Made by a program: the position numbers and the translations under genes
The notes under the pieces: model-generated
What the model was told of the DNA's origin: nothing
The model's database searches: none
The model's input: the letters and a program-made list of their open reading frames with translations, nothing else
Part shown: positions 48,516 to 57,766 of the stretch, piece after piece
How the letters are laid out: each line of letters begins with the position of its first letter
Position numbering within the stretch: position 1 is the stretch's first letter
NCBI GenBank assembly: GCA_016235455.1
Contig: JACRKZ010000068.1
Coordinates: 1-64,000, forward strand
DNA length: 64,000 bases
Reading direction: 5' to 3'
Source of the DNA: Armatimonadota bacterium
GTDB lineage: Bacteria > Armatimonadota > UBA10988

Positions 48516-49979
48516 ATGAGCTACCCGAACTTTCGTGCCTTTGTCGACGACCTGGAACGCCGCGGCGAACTGACACGCGTCAGCCGCGCCGTTGACCCCG
48601 TGCTGGAGATCACCGAGATCGCCGACCGCTGCGTCAAGCAGGGCGGTCCCGCACTGCTGTTCGAGAACCCGGTGGGCTCGACCATTCCCGTGGCCATCAA
48701 CACCTATGCGTCCTGGCGGCGCATGGGCCTGGCCCTGGGCGCGGAATCGATGGACGAGATCGCCGAGCGCATCCGCAAGCTCGTGCACCTGCCCCAGGCG
48801 CTGCCGCGCATGAGCCTGGGCGAGAAGCTGGCCGCCGGCTGGGAGGCGCTGGGCCTGTTGCCCCAGCTCAAACCCCGCCTGGTCAAGACCGGCCGTTGTC
48901 AGGAGATCGTGGAGACGGAGTATCCTAACCTGCTTGAGCTGCCGGTTCTCTGGTGCTGGCCCGAGGATGGCGGCCGCTTTGTGACGCTGCCCCTGGTGTT
49001 CACTCGCGACCGTGTGACTGGGGCGCGCAACGTGGGTATGTACCGGCTGCAGGTCTTCGACGAGCGCACCACGGGCATGCACTGGCATTTCCACAAGGAG
49101 AGCAGCCGACGCTACCAGGACTACGAGGCGTGTGGCGAGCGCATGGAGGTGGCGGTGGCGCTGGGCGGCGACCCGACGCTGACCTACTGCGCCACGGCAC
49201 CGCTGCCCGACGGCATCGACGAGATGATGCTGGCCGGCTTCCTGCGTGGCTCGGCGGTGGAAATGGTGCAGTGCAAGACGGTTGACCTGCAGGTGCCGGC
49301 CAGCGCGGAGATCGTGCTGGAAGGCTACGTGGAGCCCGGGGAGCGGCGGCGCGAGGGCCCGTTCGGCGACCATACCGGCTTCTACAGCCTGGCCGACGAC
49401 TATCCGGTGTTCCATGTGACGGCCATCACGCGCGCCGCCGACGCGGTCTACCCCTGCACCGTGGTGGGCAAGCCGCCGATGGAGGACACGTATCTGGGCG
49501 GCGCGACGGAGCGCATCTTCCTGCCGCTGATCCAGATGGTCATGCCCGAAATCCGCGATATGGCCATGCCCCTGGCGGGTGTCTTCCACAACTGCGTGGT
49601 GGTCAGCATCGACAAGCGCTACCCGCTGCACGCGCGCAAGATCTGCTACGCCATCTGGGGCACGGGCCAGCTCATGTTCACCAAGTTCATCATCGTGGTG
49701 GACAAGCATGTCGACGTGCACAATGAGCAGGAAGTGATGTGGCACGTCTGGAACTCGGTCGACCCGCGGCGTGACACGTTCGTGGTGGACGGTCCGCTGG
49801 ACGCGCTCGACCACACCTGCCCGCAGCCGTGCTGGGGCTCGAAGATGGGCATCGACGCGACGAAGAAATGGGCCAGCGAGGGGTTTGCGCGGGAGTGGCC
49901 CAATGAGATCGACATGAGCGAGGCGATCCGGGCGCGGGTGGATGGGATGTGGAGTGAGCTGGGTATAGACTTGGGGTAG
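48516..49979 (+). CDS. ubiD: UbiD-family decarboxylase (menaquinone pathway, MqnL-like)
   Basis: GPALLFE, RNVGMYR, EGPFGDHTGFY, DALDH, KMGIDAT. Confidence 0.92.
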   Translation: MSYPNFRAFVDDLERRGELTRVSRAVDPVLEITEIADRCVKQGGPALLFENPVGSTIPVAINTYASWRRMGLALGAESMDEIAERIRKLVHLPQALPRMSLGEKLAAGWEALGLLPQLKPRLVKTGRCQEIVETEYPNLLELPVLWCWPEDGGRFVTLPLVFTRDRVTGARNVGMYRLQVFDERTTGMHWHFHKESSRRYQDYEACGERMEVAVALGGDPTLTYCATAPLPDGIDEMMLAGFLRGSAVEMVQCKTVDLQVPASAEIVLEGYVEPGERRREGPFGDHTGFYSLADDYPVFHVTAITRAADAVYPCTVVGKPPMEDTYLGGATERIFLPLIQMVMPEIRDMAMPLAGVFHNCVVVSIDKRYPLHARKICYAIWGTGQLMFTKFIIVVDKHVDVHNEQEVMWHVWNSVDPRRDTFVVDGPLDALDHTCPQPCWGSKMGIDATKKWASEGFAREWPNEIDMSEAIRARVDGMWSELGIDLG

Positions 49980-49990
49980 GTGGGCGACCG

Positions 49991-50446
49991 ATGGTCAAGC
50001 ACACGGCGGAGTCGTATCGCGAGGCAGCGCTGGCCCATCTGAAGCTGGCGCTGAGCCTGCACCACGATCTGGCCGCCTACGGCGCCGCCCACTACTGGGC
50101 AGGACTGGCTGTGGAGTGCATGTTGCGGGCGTGGCGCAGGTTGGCTCATGCCGAGTTCGACAGCCGCCACGACTTGGTTGCATTGGCCAGAGCCGCGCGA
50201 TTCCATCAGGTTGTAGGTCCCGATCTAGCACCATTGGTGTCCACGGCGCTGGGCGAAGTGGCCGTACGCTGGTCCAACGACCACCGCTACCGGCCGGCCC
50301 GCCTGATTGAGCGATGGCTGCGCGACCAGGGCCTTGACCGGCACGTCGCCGGTGACAAGCTGAAGTACAGCAGCACGTGCATCATCGATGCAGCACAGAC
50401 GATCGTACAGATGGGAGCACGACGATGGCCTTCGACGACGAACTGA
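49991..50446 (+). CDS. HEPN-domain protein
   Basis: AHYWAGLAVECMLRA, HDL..L, W...HRY pattern of MNT-associated HEPN proteins. Confidence 0.65.
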   Translation: MVKHTAESYREAALAHLKLALSLHHDLAAYGAAHYWAGLAVECMLRAWRRLAHAEFDSRHDLVALARAARFHQVVGPDLAPLVSTALGEVAVRWSNDHRYRPARLIERWLRDQGLDRHVAGDKLKYSSTCIIDAAQTIVQMGARRWPSTTN

Positions 50447-50688
50447 GGCAGAGCTTGGTCGAGCGGTTCCCCGGGGCCGAACTGGTCGACTTCGGCCGCG
50501 CCGATGAGGCCGACCAACTCGGCGGCGTCGTGTGCTGGGAGGGCTTTGAGGACGTGGCGCAGATCGACCGGCAGATCGCGCTATGGGACATGCTGAAGGG
50601 CAGGTTCTCCCGCGACCAACTGCTTGAGGTTGGCTTCATCATGACCTTCACCCCCTTCGAGCTGACCGCCCTGGCCGAGCGCTCGTGA
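50425..50688 (+). CDS. Small acidic protein (degenerate MNT-like or BolA-like), probable HEPN partner
   Basis: VV..EGFE....DRQ..LW...TFTP.E; overlaps the HEPN gene and ubiX. Confidence 0.55.
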   Translation: MAFDDELRQSLVERFPGAELVDFGRADEADQLGGVVCWEGFEDVAQIDRQIALWDMLKGRFSRDQLLEVGFIMTFTPFELTALAERS

Positions 50689-51284
50689 ACACACCACCCC
50701 ATCGCCTCGTCATCGCCGTCTCCGGCGCCTCGGGCAGCCGCTATGCGCGGCTGCTGCTGGAGCACGCCATCCCCTTTGTGCCCGAGATCGGCCTGGTGGT
50801 CAGCCGTGTGGCGCCACAGGTTATCGCCCAGGAGCTCGACCTGCCCGAGGGCGACCTGCTGGCCGGGCTGGCTCTGCCCGAGGGCCATCGCGTCACGCGC
50901 CATGCCATCGACGACTACCGCGCGCCGTTTGCCTCGGGCTCCAATGTCTATGATGCCATGGTCGTCGTGCCGTGCAGCCAGGGGCTGATCGGCCGCATGG
51001 CGCACGGCATCAGCGACTGCCTGATCAGCCGGGCCGCCGATGTGTTCCTCAAGGAGCGGCGCCCGCTCATCCTCGTGCCGCGCGAGATGCCCATGAGCAC
51101 GCTGCATCTGCGCAACCAGCTCACGCTGGCCGAAGCCGGAGCGCTGATACTGCCGGCCTGCCCCAACTTCTACCATCGACCACAAACGGTGGAGGAGGTT
51201 ATGCTGACGGTGGTCGACCGCATCCTGTCGCACCTGAACCTGCGGCGACCGGGGAGTCGGCGTTGGTCCGAGGAGGCTCGATGA
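50685..51284 (+). CDS. ubiX: Flavin prenyltransferase
   Basis: SGASG, ASGS, VVPCS, RAADV.LKERR, PRE.P, P.FY. Confidence 0.93.
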   Translation: MNTPPHRLVIAVSGASGSRYARLLLEHAIPFVPEIGLVVSRVAPQVIAQELDLPEGDLLAGLALPEGHRVTRHAIDDYRAPFASGSNVYDAMVVVPCSQGLIGRMAHGISDCLISRAADVFLKERRPLILVPREMPMSTLHLRNQLTLAEAGALILPACPNFYHRPQTVEEVMLTVVDRILSHLNLRRPGSRRWSEEAR

Positions 51285-52180
51285 GGTCGTTTGCCGCTGA
51301 TCTGAGGGGATTCCTGACCGATATCCGGTTGGAGCACAGCCTCTTCGCGCTGCCGTTTGCGCTGATCGGCGCGCTGCTGGCCTGTCAGGCCGGGCTGTAT
51401 GCCGGCACCCGCCTGCTGCCCTATCCCAGCCGCCACGAGTTGCTCTATCTGGTGGTGGCCATGGTCGCCGCGCGTAGCGCCGCCATGGGCTTCAACCGTG
51501 TGGTCGACCGCCACATCGACGCCCGCAACCCGCGCACGGCGGGCCGCAGCCTGGCCGCGGGCCGGGCCCGCGTGGTCACCTACTGGGTGCTCATCGCCGG
51601 CGGCTCCGCGCTCACCTGGCTGGTCGCCGGGCGGTTCAACGCGCTGGCCCAGCGCTGCGCGCCGTTCGCGCTCGGGGTGCTGTTCTTCTACAGCCTGACC
51701 AAGCGCTTCACCGCGTTGTGTCACTTCTTCCTGGGCCTGGCGCTGGCCATCTCGCCGTTGGCCGCCTGGGTGGCCCTGTGCGGCAAACTGCCAGCCGCCT
51801 GGCCGCCCTATCTGCTGTCGGCCGCGGTGCTGTTGTGGGTGGCCGGCTTCGACGTGCTCTATGCCACGTTGGATCTCGAATTCGACCGGCGCGAGCGGCT
51901 GCACTCCATCCCCGCCGCCCTGGGCCTGCACCGCGCGTTGTGGGCGGCGCGGCTGTGTCATCTGGGCACGGCGCTGTGCCTGCTGGCCTTCTATGCGGCC
52001 ACCTCGGGCCTGGGAGTCGGGTTCGGGCTGGCCACGCTGCTGTCGCTGGGCCTGCTGGCCTACCAGCATCTGCTGGTCCGAGCCGACGATCTGGGCCGGG
52101 TCAATGCCGCCTTCTTCACCGTCAATGCGGTGCTCGGGCTGATCCTGCTGGTCGGCGCGGTGCTCGACTGGGTGCTATAG
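51281..52180 (+). CDS. ubiA: UbiA-family polyprenyltransferase (MqnP-like)
   Basis: EHSLFALPF, NRVVDRHIDARNPRT, YSLTKRF, GFDVLYA..D..FD, VNAAFF. Confidence 0.9.
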   Translation: MRSFAADLRGFLTDIRLEHSLFALPFALIGALLACQAGLYAGTRLLPYPSRHELLYLVVAMVAARSAAMGFNRVVDRHIDARNPRTAGRSLAAGRARVVTYWVLIAGGSALTWLVAGRFNALAQRCAPFALGVLFFYSLTKRFTALCHFFLGLALAISPLAAWVALCGKLPAAWPPYLLSAAVLLWVAGFDVLYATLDLEFDRRERLHSIPAALGLHRALWAARLCHLGTALCLLAFYAATSGLGVGFGLATLLSLGLLAYQHLLVRADDLGRVNAAFFTVNAVLGLILLVGAVLDWVL

Positions 52181-53221
52181 CCCGCTCAACTCACTGGCCG
52201 TGGTCGGCGCTATCCACTCCATGAAGTGCGCCATGTTGGGGTACAGCCCGAAGCCGATGACCACGTCGCCGGCGCGCAGCACGTAGGTCGGGTCGGGGCT
52301 GATCACCAGTTTGCCGTCGGCCGCGGCTTTGACCGCCGCTATCAACACGCCGGTCTCCTGGCGCACACCGGTGTCGCGCAGGGCCTGGTCACAGACGCGG
52401 CTGCCCGTCTCCACCACCGCCTCGCGCACCACCAGCCCGGCCTCGTGGCTCTCGCCCCAGCCGGCCATGAGTTCGGCCACCGAGGGCGACACCGCCGCCA
52501 TGGCCAGCCGGTGCGCGCCGAGATCGTACGGCGAGACCACCGCATCCGCGCCCGCACGCCGCAGCTTGGCCTCGGAGCCGGGCGCCATGGCCGCGGCACA
52601 GATGTGCAGGTCGGGCACCAGTTCGCGCGCGGTCAGTGTCACGAACACATTGACCGGATCGCTCCGCGTCACGGCCATCAGGCCGTCGGCGCGCGCGATG
52701 CGCGCCTTGAGCAAGGTCTCCTCGTCGGTGGCATCGCCGCAGAGCGCCATCAGTCCATCGGCGCGCGCCTCCTCGACGGCTTGCGAGTTGGTGTCGATGA
52801 CCAGCGCGGTGCGACCGTTGCGCCGCAGCCACTTGGCCACGGACCGGCCCACCAAGCCGTAGCCAATGACCACAAAGTGCCGCTCGGCGGCGGCCAGGTC
52901 GCGTTCCATCTGGCGGCTCCTCCAGCGCTGCCAGCCTATAACGGCCAGCTCGATGATATGGGCAACAATGAACGTCCAGGTGGCCAGTCCGACCACGATG
53001 ACCGCCATGGTGAAGATCTTGGCCTCATCGGTCAGCGCGTAGTCGTTGTAGCCGATGGTGGTAATGGTGGTGAGCGTGAAGAACAGCGCCTGCAACAGGC
53101 TCCACGGCATGAGATGGGTGTAGGCATACGCCGCGACCAGGAACAGCAGCGCCAGCACGCCCACGGCGCGAGAGAGGCGGTAGCGCACAGCCTGCAGATC
53201 CCGGTCGGCACCCGTCAACAT
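52175..53221 (-). CDS. Potassium channel with RCK (TrkA-N/TrkA-C) domains
   Basis: Two TMs plus pore TTIGY, GYGLVG, GDATDE, TrkA-C tail. Confidence 0.88.
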   Translation of the reverse strand: MLTGADRDLQAVRYRLSRAVGVLALLFLVAAYAYTHLMPWSLLQALFFTLTTITTIGYNDYALTDEAKIFTMAVIVVGLATWTFIVAHIIELAVIGWQRWRSRQMERDLAAAERHFVVIGYGLVGRSVAKWLRRNGRTALVIDTNSQAVEEARADGLMALCGDATDEETLLKARIARADGLMAVTRSDPVNVFVTLTARELVPDLHICAAAMAPGSEAKLRRAGADAVVSPYDLGAHRLAMAAVSPSVAELMAGWGESHEAGLVVREAVVETGSRVCDQALRDTGVRQETGVLIAAVKAAADGKLVISPDPTYVLRAGDVVIGFGLYPNMAHFMEWIAPTTASELSGL

Positions 53222-53225
53222 CGGC

Positions 53226-53810
53226 TCAGGTCCTCGCCGGTGGTTGCAGGTCGCCGGTCTCGGGGTCGATGCGCCAGCCGTGGTTGAGGCACCACTGCCG
53301 CACCTGCATGGCGCGGCCCATGGCGCCCATGAACCTCTCGCGCAACTCCGGGTCGCCGATCCCGGCCGCCGCGGTCTCGATGCTGCGCCGCGTCGACTGG
53401 GCCAGTTGCGTCTCCACCAGCTCACGCCCGGTGGGCATCGGCTCGCCTTCAGGCTCGGCCGCGTCCGTCTCCTCGGTCAGCCGGCGCACCAGCTCGTAGT
53501 CCACCTCGAAGCGCAGCTTCTCAATGCCCGCCTCGGGGCACACCTGCCGCAGCCGCTCGGTCAGACGCCGCGACTGGCTGTGCAGTGTCTGGCTCCAGGT
53601 GGCGTTATCCACCGAGACGACCAGCGTTCCGCCCAGCAGTCGGTTGGGCAGCGTGTGTCGACCCATCAGCTCGCCAACGATCTCGCGCCACCGCCGACGC
53701 AGCATGCCCATGCGCAGGATGTCGGCCGCGCCGGGCTGACGCGCTAGGATCTGCTGCGCCAGGCCACCGACCTCGCTCAGCCTGCCGTCGGTCACGCGGG
53801 GACTGCCCAT
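53226..53810 (-). CDS. DUF721/DciA-family helicase-loader-like protein
   Basis: W.EIVG..HT.P....GTLVV.V...W...L motif; directly downstream of recF. Confidence 0.75.
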   Translation of the reverse strand: MGSPRVTDGRLSEVGGLAQQILARQPGAADILRMGMLRRRWREIVGELMGRHTLPNRLLGGTLVVSVDNATWSQTLHSQSRRLTERLRQVCPEAGIEKLRFEVDYELVRRLTEETDAAEPEGEPMPTGRELVETQLAQSTRRSIETAAAGIGDPELRERFMGAMGRAMQVRQWCLNHGWRIDPETGDLQPPART

Positions 53811-53821
53811 CGAGCTGTTCC

Positions 53822-54952
53822 TCACAGGCACTGCACCGTTCCGGCTTCCACCATGCGCCGGTCCGCTTCCGCCAGACCTGGCAGGTCCCAGCCTTCAGCC
53901 TCGGCGCCGCTCAGCAGCACCTGGTCTGCTTCCTCGGCCAGGGCGATGACCGCCGCGCGACGATGACTGTCCAGTTCTGACAGTACATCGTCGAGCAGCA
54001 GGATCGGCGCCTCGCCCAGATGTTGTGCCACTACCCGCAATTCTGCCATTTTGAGCGCCAGGGCGGCAGTCCGTTGCTGCCCCTGGCTGCCGAACGTACG
54101 CGCATCGACGTCGTTGACGCGCAACCGCAGATCATCGCGGTGCGGACCGACCAGCGTCAGGCCGCGGCGCATCTCGTCGGTGCGCTTCACGATGAGCTGC
54201 TCTCTCATGCCGTCCGCCAACTGCTCCGGGGTGTCTCCGTCCAGGCGCAGATGGGGCTCGTAGCTCACCTCAAGCTCCTCTCGGCCGCCGGAGAGCACAC
54301 GGTGAAGGTCAGCCGCCTCATGGCCCAGTCGGGCCGTCCAGTCGCGTCTGAGCGCCATCATCACCCCGGCGCGGTCGGCCAACTCATCGTCCAGGGCGAG
54401 CAGCAGGTTCTCGTCGACCCGTCGGCCCGGCCCGCCGCGACCCAAGGCCGAGCGCAGCAGGCTGTTGCGCTGACGCAGCACGCCGCGGTAGCCGCCGAGC
54501 GCGGTCAGGTAGGCCGAGCTGGTCTGGCCGATGCAGGTGTTGAGGAACTCACGCCGGTCACCCGGCGCGCCGCTGACCAGTTGCAGCTCGCCCGGCCCGA
54601 AATAGACGACGACCAGCTCGCCGATGCCGTCGGCGAGGCGCTTGCGAGGCTGACCGTCGACCCGCAGGCTCTTGCCGCCATCGCGTTTGAGGCTGAGGCT
54701 GACCGCCACGGGATCGCGCTGGCCGCGCCGCGCTTCGCCGCGGATGACCGCCTCGGCCGCGCCCCAGCGCACCATTTCGCCATCACGCGCGGCACGCGGC
54801 GAGCGGGCCAGGGCCAGGAGAGCGACGGCCTCGAGCAGGTTGGTCTTGCCCTGGGCGTTGGCGCCCTGGAACACCGTCAGCCGTCGCTCGAAGGCCAGTT
54901 TCAGGCCAACGTAGTTGCGGAAGTCGGTCAGCTCGAGGCGTTCTAGGAACAT
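53822..54952 (-). CDS. recF: DNA replication/repair protein RecF
   Basis: FRNY, GANAQGKTN, GPHRDD, SQGQQR, LLDDVLSELD. Confidence 0.96.
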   Translation of the reverse strand: MFLERLELTDFRNYVGLKLAFERRLTVFQGANAQGKTNLLEAVALLALARSPRAARDGEMVRWGAAEAVIRGEARRGQRDPVAVSLSLKRDGGKSLRVDGQPRKRLADGIGELVVVYFGPGELQLVSGAPGDRREFLNTCIGQTSSAYLTALGGYRGVLRQRNSLLRSALGRGGPGRRVDENLLLALDDELADRAGVMMALRRDWTARLGHEAADLHRVLSGGREELEVSYEPHLRLDGDTPEQLADGMREQLIVKRTDEMRRGLTLVGPHRDDLRLRVNDVDARTFGSQGQQRTAALALKMAELRVVAQHLGEAPILLLDDVLSELDSHRRAAVIALAEEADQVLLSGAEAEGWDLPGLAEADRRMVEAGTVQCL

Positions 54953-54962
54953 GCTGGGGTCA

Positions 54963-56093
54963 TCAACCCATCTGCATGGGCATCAGCACGTAGACGTAGT
55001 CTTCCTCGGCCACCGGCTTGACGGCGCCGGGATGGTTGGAGGCGGTGAGCTGCAGCTTGATCTGCTCGCACTTGAGGTAGACCAGCACATCGTGCAGGTA
55101 GTCGGCGTTGAAGGCTATTTCCAGGCCCTCGGTGACGCCGCTGGTCACCTCGATCTCGATGTCGTCGAGCATCTCCTCGGCGCGACCGATCTTGGTGCTG
55201 GCGGCGTTGAGGTGCAACTGGCCGTCGACCGTGGCGCGCAGGATCAGCTTGCGGTTATCCTCCCGCGAGACGATAGCGCAGCGCTTGACGCTCTCGCGCA
55301 GGCGCGCCGTGTCCATGGTGATGGTCCAGTCGGTGCGGCTGGGAATGACCTTGCGGTAGTTGGGGAACTCGCCCTCGATGAGCCGTGAGATGACGGTCAC
55401 GCCGTCGAAGCGGAACTGCACCTGGCTCTCGGTCAGGTCGATGTTGACCACCGACTTGTCGTCCTCGGACAACAACCGCTCCACTTCGCGCAGGGCACGC
55501 GCCGGGATGATGTGCGCCACGACGCTACCGGGGATATCGTCGATGGCCTCCGAGCAGGTGGCCAGCCGGTGGGTGTCCGTCGCCACCAGGCGCAGTCGGC
55601 CATCCTCGATGGTGAACAACATGCCGGTCAGCCGAGCGCGGGTCTCGTCATGCCCGACGGCGATGATGCACGCGTTGATCATGTGCTTGAGCAGGCCTTG
55701 AGGCACGGCGAAGCTCGTCTCGCTGTTGAGTGCGGGGATGACCGGGAACTCATCGGCGGGCAGGCCGTGAACTTCCATCTCGCCGCGGCCACAACGGAAT
55801 GTGACGTGGTCGCTGTCGTCGCTCTCCACCACCAGCGGCGGACCGGCCGGCTGCGCGCCGACCACTTCGCTAAACAGGCGCGCGGGCAGCGTGGTGCGAC
55901 CGACAATCTCGGTGTCCACGGCCAGGCGAGCGCGAATGCCGATCTCGTGATCGGTGGCCGAAAGGGTCAGACCGTCGCCGTCGGCTTCCAGCAGAATGTT
56001 GGACAAGATGGGCAGCGTGCTGCGGCTGGAGACCGCGCGCTGCACCGTGCCAATGGCCTGCTGGAGCTGCTCACGCTGCGTGACGAACTTCAT
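54963..56093 (-). CDS. dnaN: DNA polymerase III beta sliding clamp
   Basis: LPILSNIL, ATD, VATDTHRL, SRLIEGEFPNY, AFN..Y, VLMPM; RBS GAGGAG upstream of ATG 56093. Confidence 0.96.
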   Translation of the reverse strand: MKFVTQREQLQQAIGTVQRAVSSRSTLPILSNILLEADGDGLTLSATDHEIGIRARLAVDTEIVGRTTLPARLFSEVVGAQPAGPPLVVESDDSDHVTFRCGRGEMEVHGLPADEFPVIPALNSETSFAVPQGLLKHMINACIIAVGHDETRARLTGMLFTIEDGRLRLVATDTHRLATCSEAIDDIPGSVVAHIIPARALREVERLLSEDDKSVVNIDLTESQVQFRFDGVTVISRLIEGEFPNYRKVIPSRTDWTITMDTARLRESVKRCAIVSREDNRKLILRATVDGQLHLNAASTKIGRAEEMLDDIEIEVTSGVTEGLEIAFNADYLHDVLVYLKCEQIKLQLTASNHPGAVKPVAEEDYVYVLMPMQMG

Positions 56094-56115
56094 TGCTGGT
56101 GGCTCCTCATACGGA

Positions 56116-56339
56116 TTGTCCACAACCGGGTCGAGCCCTTCGACAGAGACTCTTATGAATCTAGATCAGCGATCAGTAGCAGTAGGCCCGGTGGAAACGG
56201 TGGAAACCGTCGACCGGCCGCTCCCGGGGCCAATCGGGGCGGTGGATAGTCTGGTGGATAACCACCGGACTCTTGTTGACTTGTCCACCGGCCGCGAGCG
56301 CCCATGATATCCCCAAACCTATCCACCGTGCAATCCACC
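56116..56339. other. Putative chromosomal replication origin (oriC)
   Basis: DnaA-box-like 9-mers at 56116, 56190, 56199, 56241, 56253, 56281, 56319, 56331; trio run GAT-CAG-TAG-CAG-TAG (56171-56185), GCCC spacer, tandem boxes; AT-richer patch at 56151-56167. Confidence 0.75.
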
Positions 56340-56346
56340 GGCTTCT

Positions 56347-56379
56347 CGACCGAAACGGTGTCAGGACCCGTTTCGGTCG
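56347..56379. repeat. Hairpin sharing the AAACGGTGTCAGG motif with the 44.5-kb palindrome
   Basis: CGACCGAAACGG-tgtcaggac-CCGTTTCGGTCG. Confidence 0.65.
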
Positions 56380-56497
56380 CGGGGCGCTACCTGCTGGCGC
56401 ATCCGGCGGATGGTGTTAGACTGTAAGGATAGTGGGTCCAGCCGGCCATGACCAGTGGTGACGGCGGACACGGAGCAGAGCCACAGAAGGACGGGCG

Positions 56498-57766
56498 ATG
56501 AGGGCCGAGATTGTCTGCGTCGGGACCGAGTTGCTGCTAGGCAACATCGTCAACACGAACGCCGCGGCCATCGCTCGTGATCTGGCGGTGTGGGGCGTCG
56601 ATGTCTACCACCACAGTACGGTGGGCGACAATCCAGAGCGCTGCGCCGAGGTGCTGCGCACCGCCATGCTGCGGGCCGACGCGGTGATCGTCACCGGCGG
56701 CATCGGCCCGACTCCCGATGACTGCACGCGTGAGGCCCTGGCCGCGGTCTTGGGCGTCGAGCTGGTCCGGCCACCCGAGCTGATGGCCGTGCTGGAGGCG
56801 CGCTATGCCGCCTGGGGGCGCAAGCCCAGCGCCAGCAGCCTGAAGCAGGCCGAGTTGCCAGCCGGCTGCCTGCCCATCAACAATCCTACCGGCAGCGCCG
56901 TTGGAGTCCTGGCGGCGCCAAGCGAGGGTCCCTTCGCTGGCCATGCGGTCTATGTTTTGCCCGGTGTTCCGAGCGAAATGGAACGGATGCTCGCCGAAGG
57001 CGTCTTGCCTGATCTGAGAGCGCGGTTTGGGTTGACCACCGGGCTGTGGCAGCGCGTCCTGCGGAGCCGGAATCTGGGCGAAAGCCTGATTGCCGACCGC
57101 CTGGCCGACCTGCTGACCGGCAGTACCAACCCGACCGTGGCCACATACGTCAAGAATGCGGAGGTCGAGATTCGATTGACGTGTCGCGCAAGCGATGCGT
57201 CGCAAGCCGAGAGCCTGTTCGCGCCGGTCCAAGCGGAGATCCTCCAACGGCTGGGCGACTTCATCTACGGGCTCGACGACGAGGGTTACGAGAAGCAGAT
57301 TGGTCGATTGCTGGCCGAGCGCGGCGCGCTCCTGGCCACCGCCGAGAGTTGTACAGGCGGGCAGATCGGCGATCTGGTCACTTCGGTGCCGGGCAGTTCC
57401 GGTTGGTACCGAGGTGGTGTGGTGGCCTACAGCAATGCGCTCAAGCAGTCGTTGCTGGCGGTCGATGAGGGTGTCTTGGCGGAACAGGGCGCGGTCAGTG
57501 AAGCCTGCGCCCGGGCCATGGCTGAGGGCGTGGTGGCGTCGTTGGACGCCGACTTCGGCCTGGCTGTGACCGGCATTGCCGGTCCGGACGGCGGCACTGA
57601 CGCCAAGCCGGTCGGACTGGTCTACCTGGCGATCTGTGATCGGCGGGCTGCGGTGACGGTGGTCAAGGAGAGAAAGTTCACCGGCACGCGCGCGTTGATC
57701 AAGGAGCGCACGGCACTGGCGGCCCTCGAACTGGCCTGCCGGTACATGAATGGATCGGAACCGTGA
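56498..57766 (+). CDS. cinA: Competence/damage-inducible protein (NMN deamidase fusion)
   Basis: GTELLLG, VGDN, GG.GPT.DD, LPGVP.EM, AESCTGG, GAVS, TGIAGP. Confidence 0.95.
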   Translation: MRAEIVCVGTELLLGNIVNTNAAAIARDLAVWGVDVYHHSTVGDNPERCAEVLRTAMLRADAVIVTGGIGPTPDDCTREALAAVLGVELVRPPELMAVLEARYAAWGRKPSASSLKQAELPAGCLPINNPTGSAVGVLAAPSEGPFAGHAVYVLPGVPSEMERMLAEGVLPDLRARFGLTTGLWQRVLRSRNLGESLIADRLADLLTGSTNPTVATYVKNAEVEIRLTCRASDASQAESLFAPVQAEILQRLGDFIYGLDDEGYEKQIGRLLAERGALLATAESCTGGQIGDLVTSVPGSSGWYRGGVVAYSNALKQSLLAVDEGVLAEQGAVSEACARAMAEGVVASLDADFGLAVTGIAGPDGGTDAKPVGLVYLAICDRRAAVTVVKERKFTGTRALIKERTALAALELACRYMNGSEP

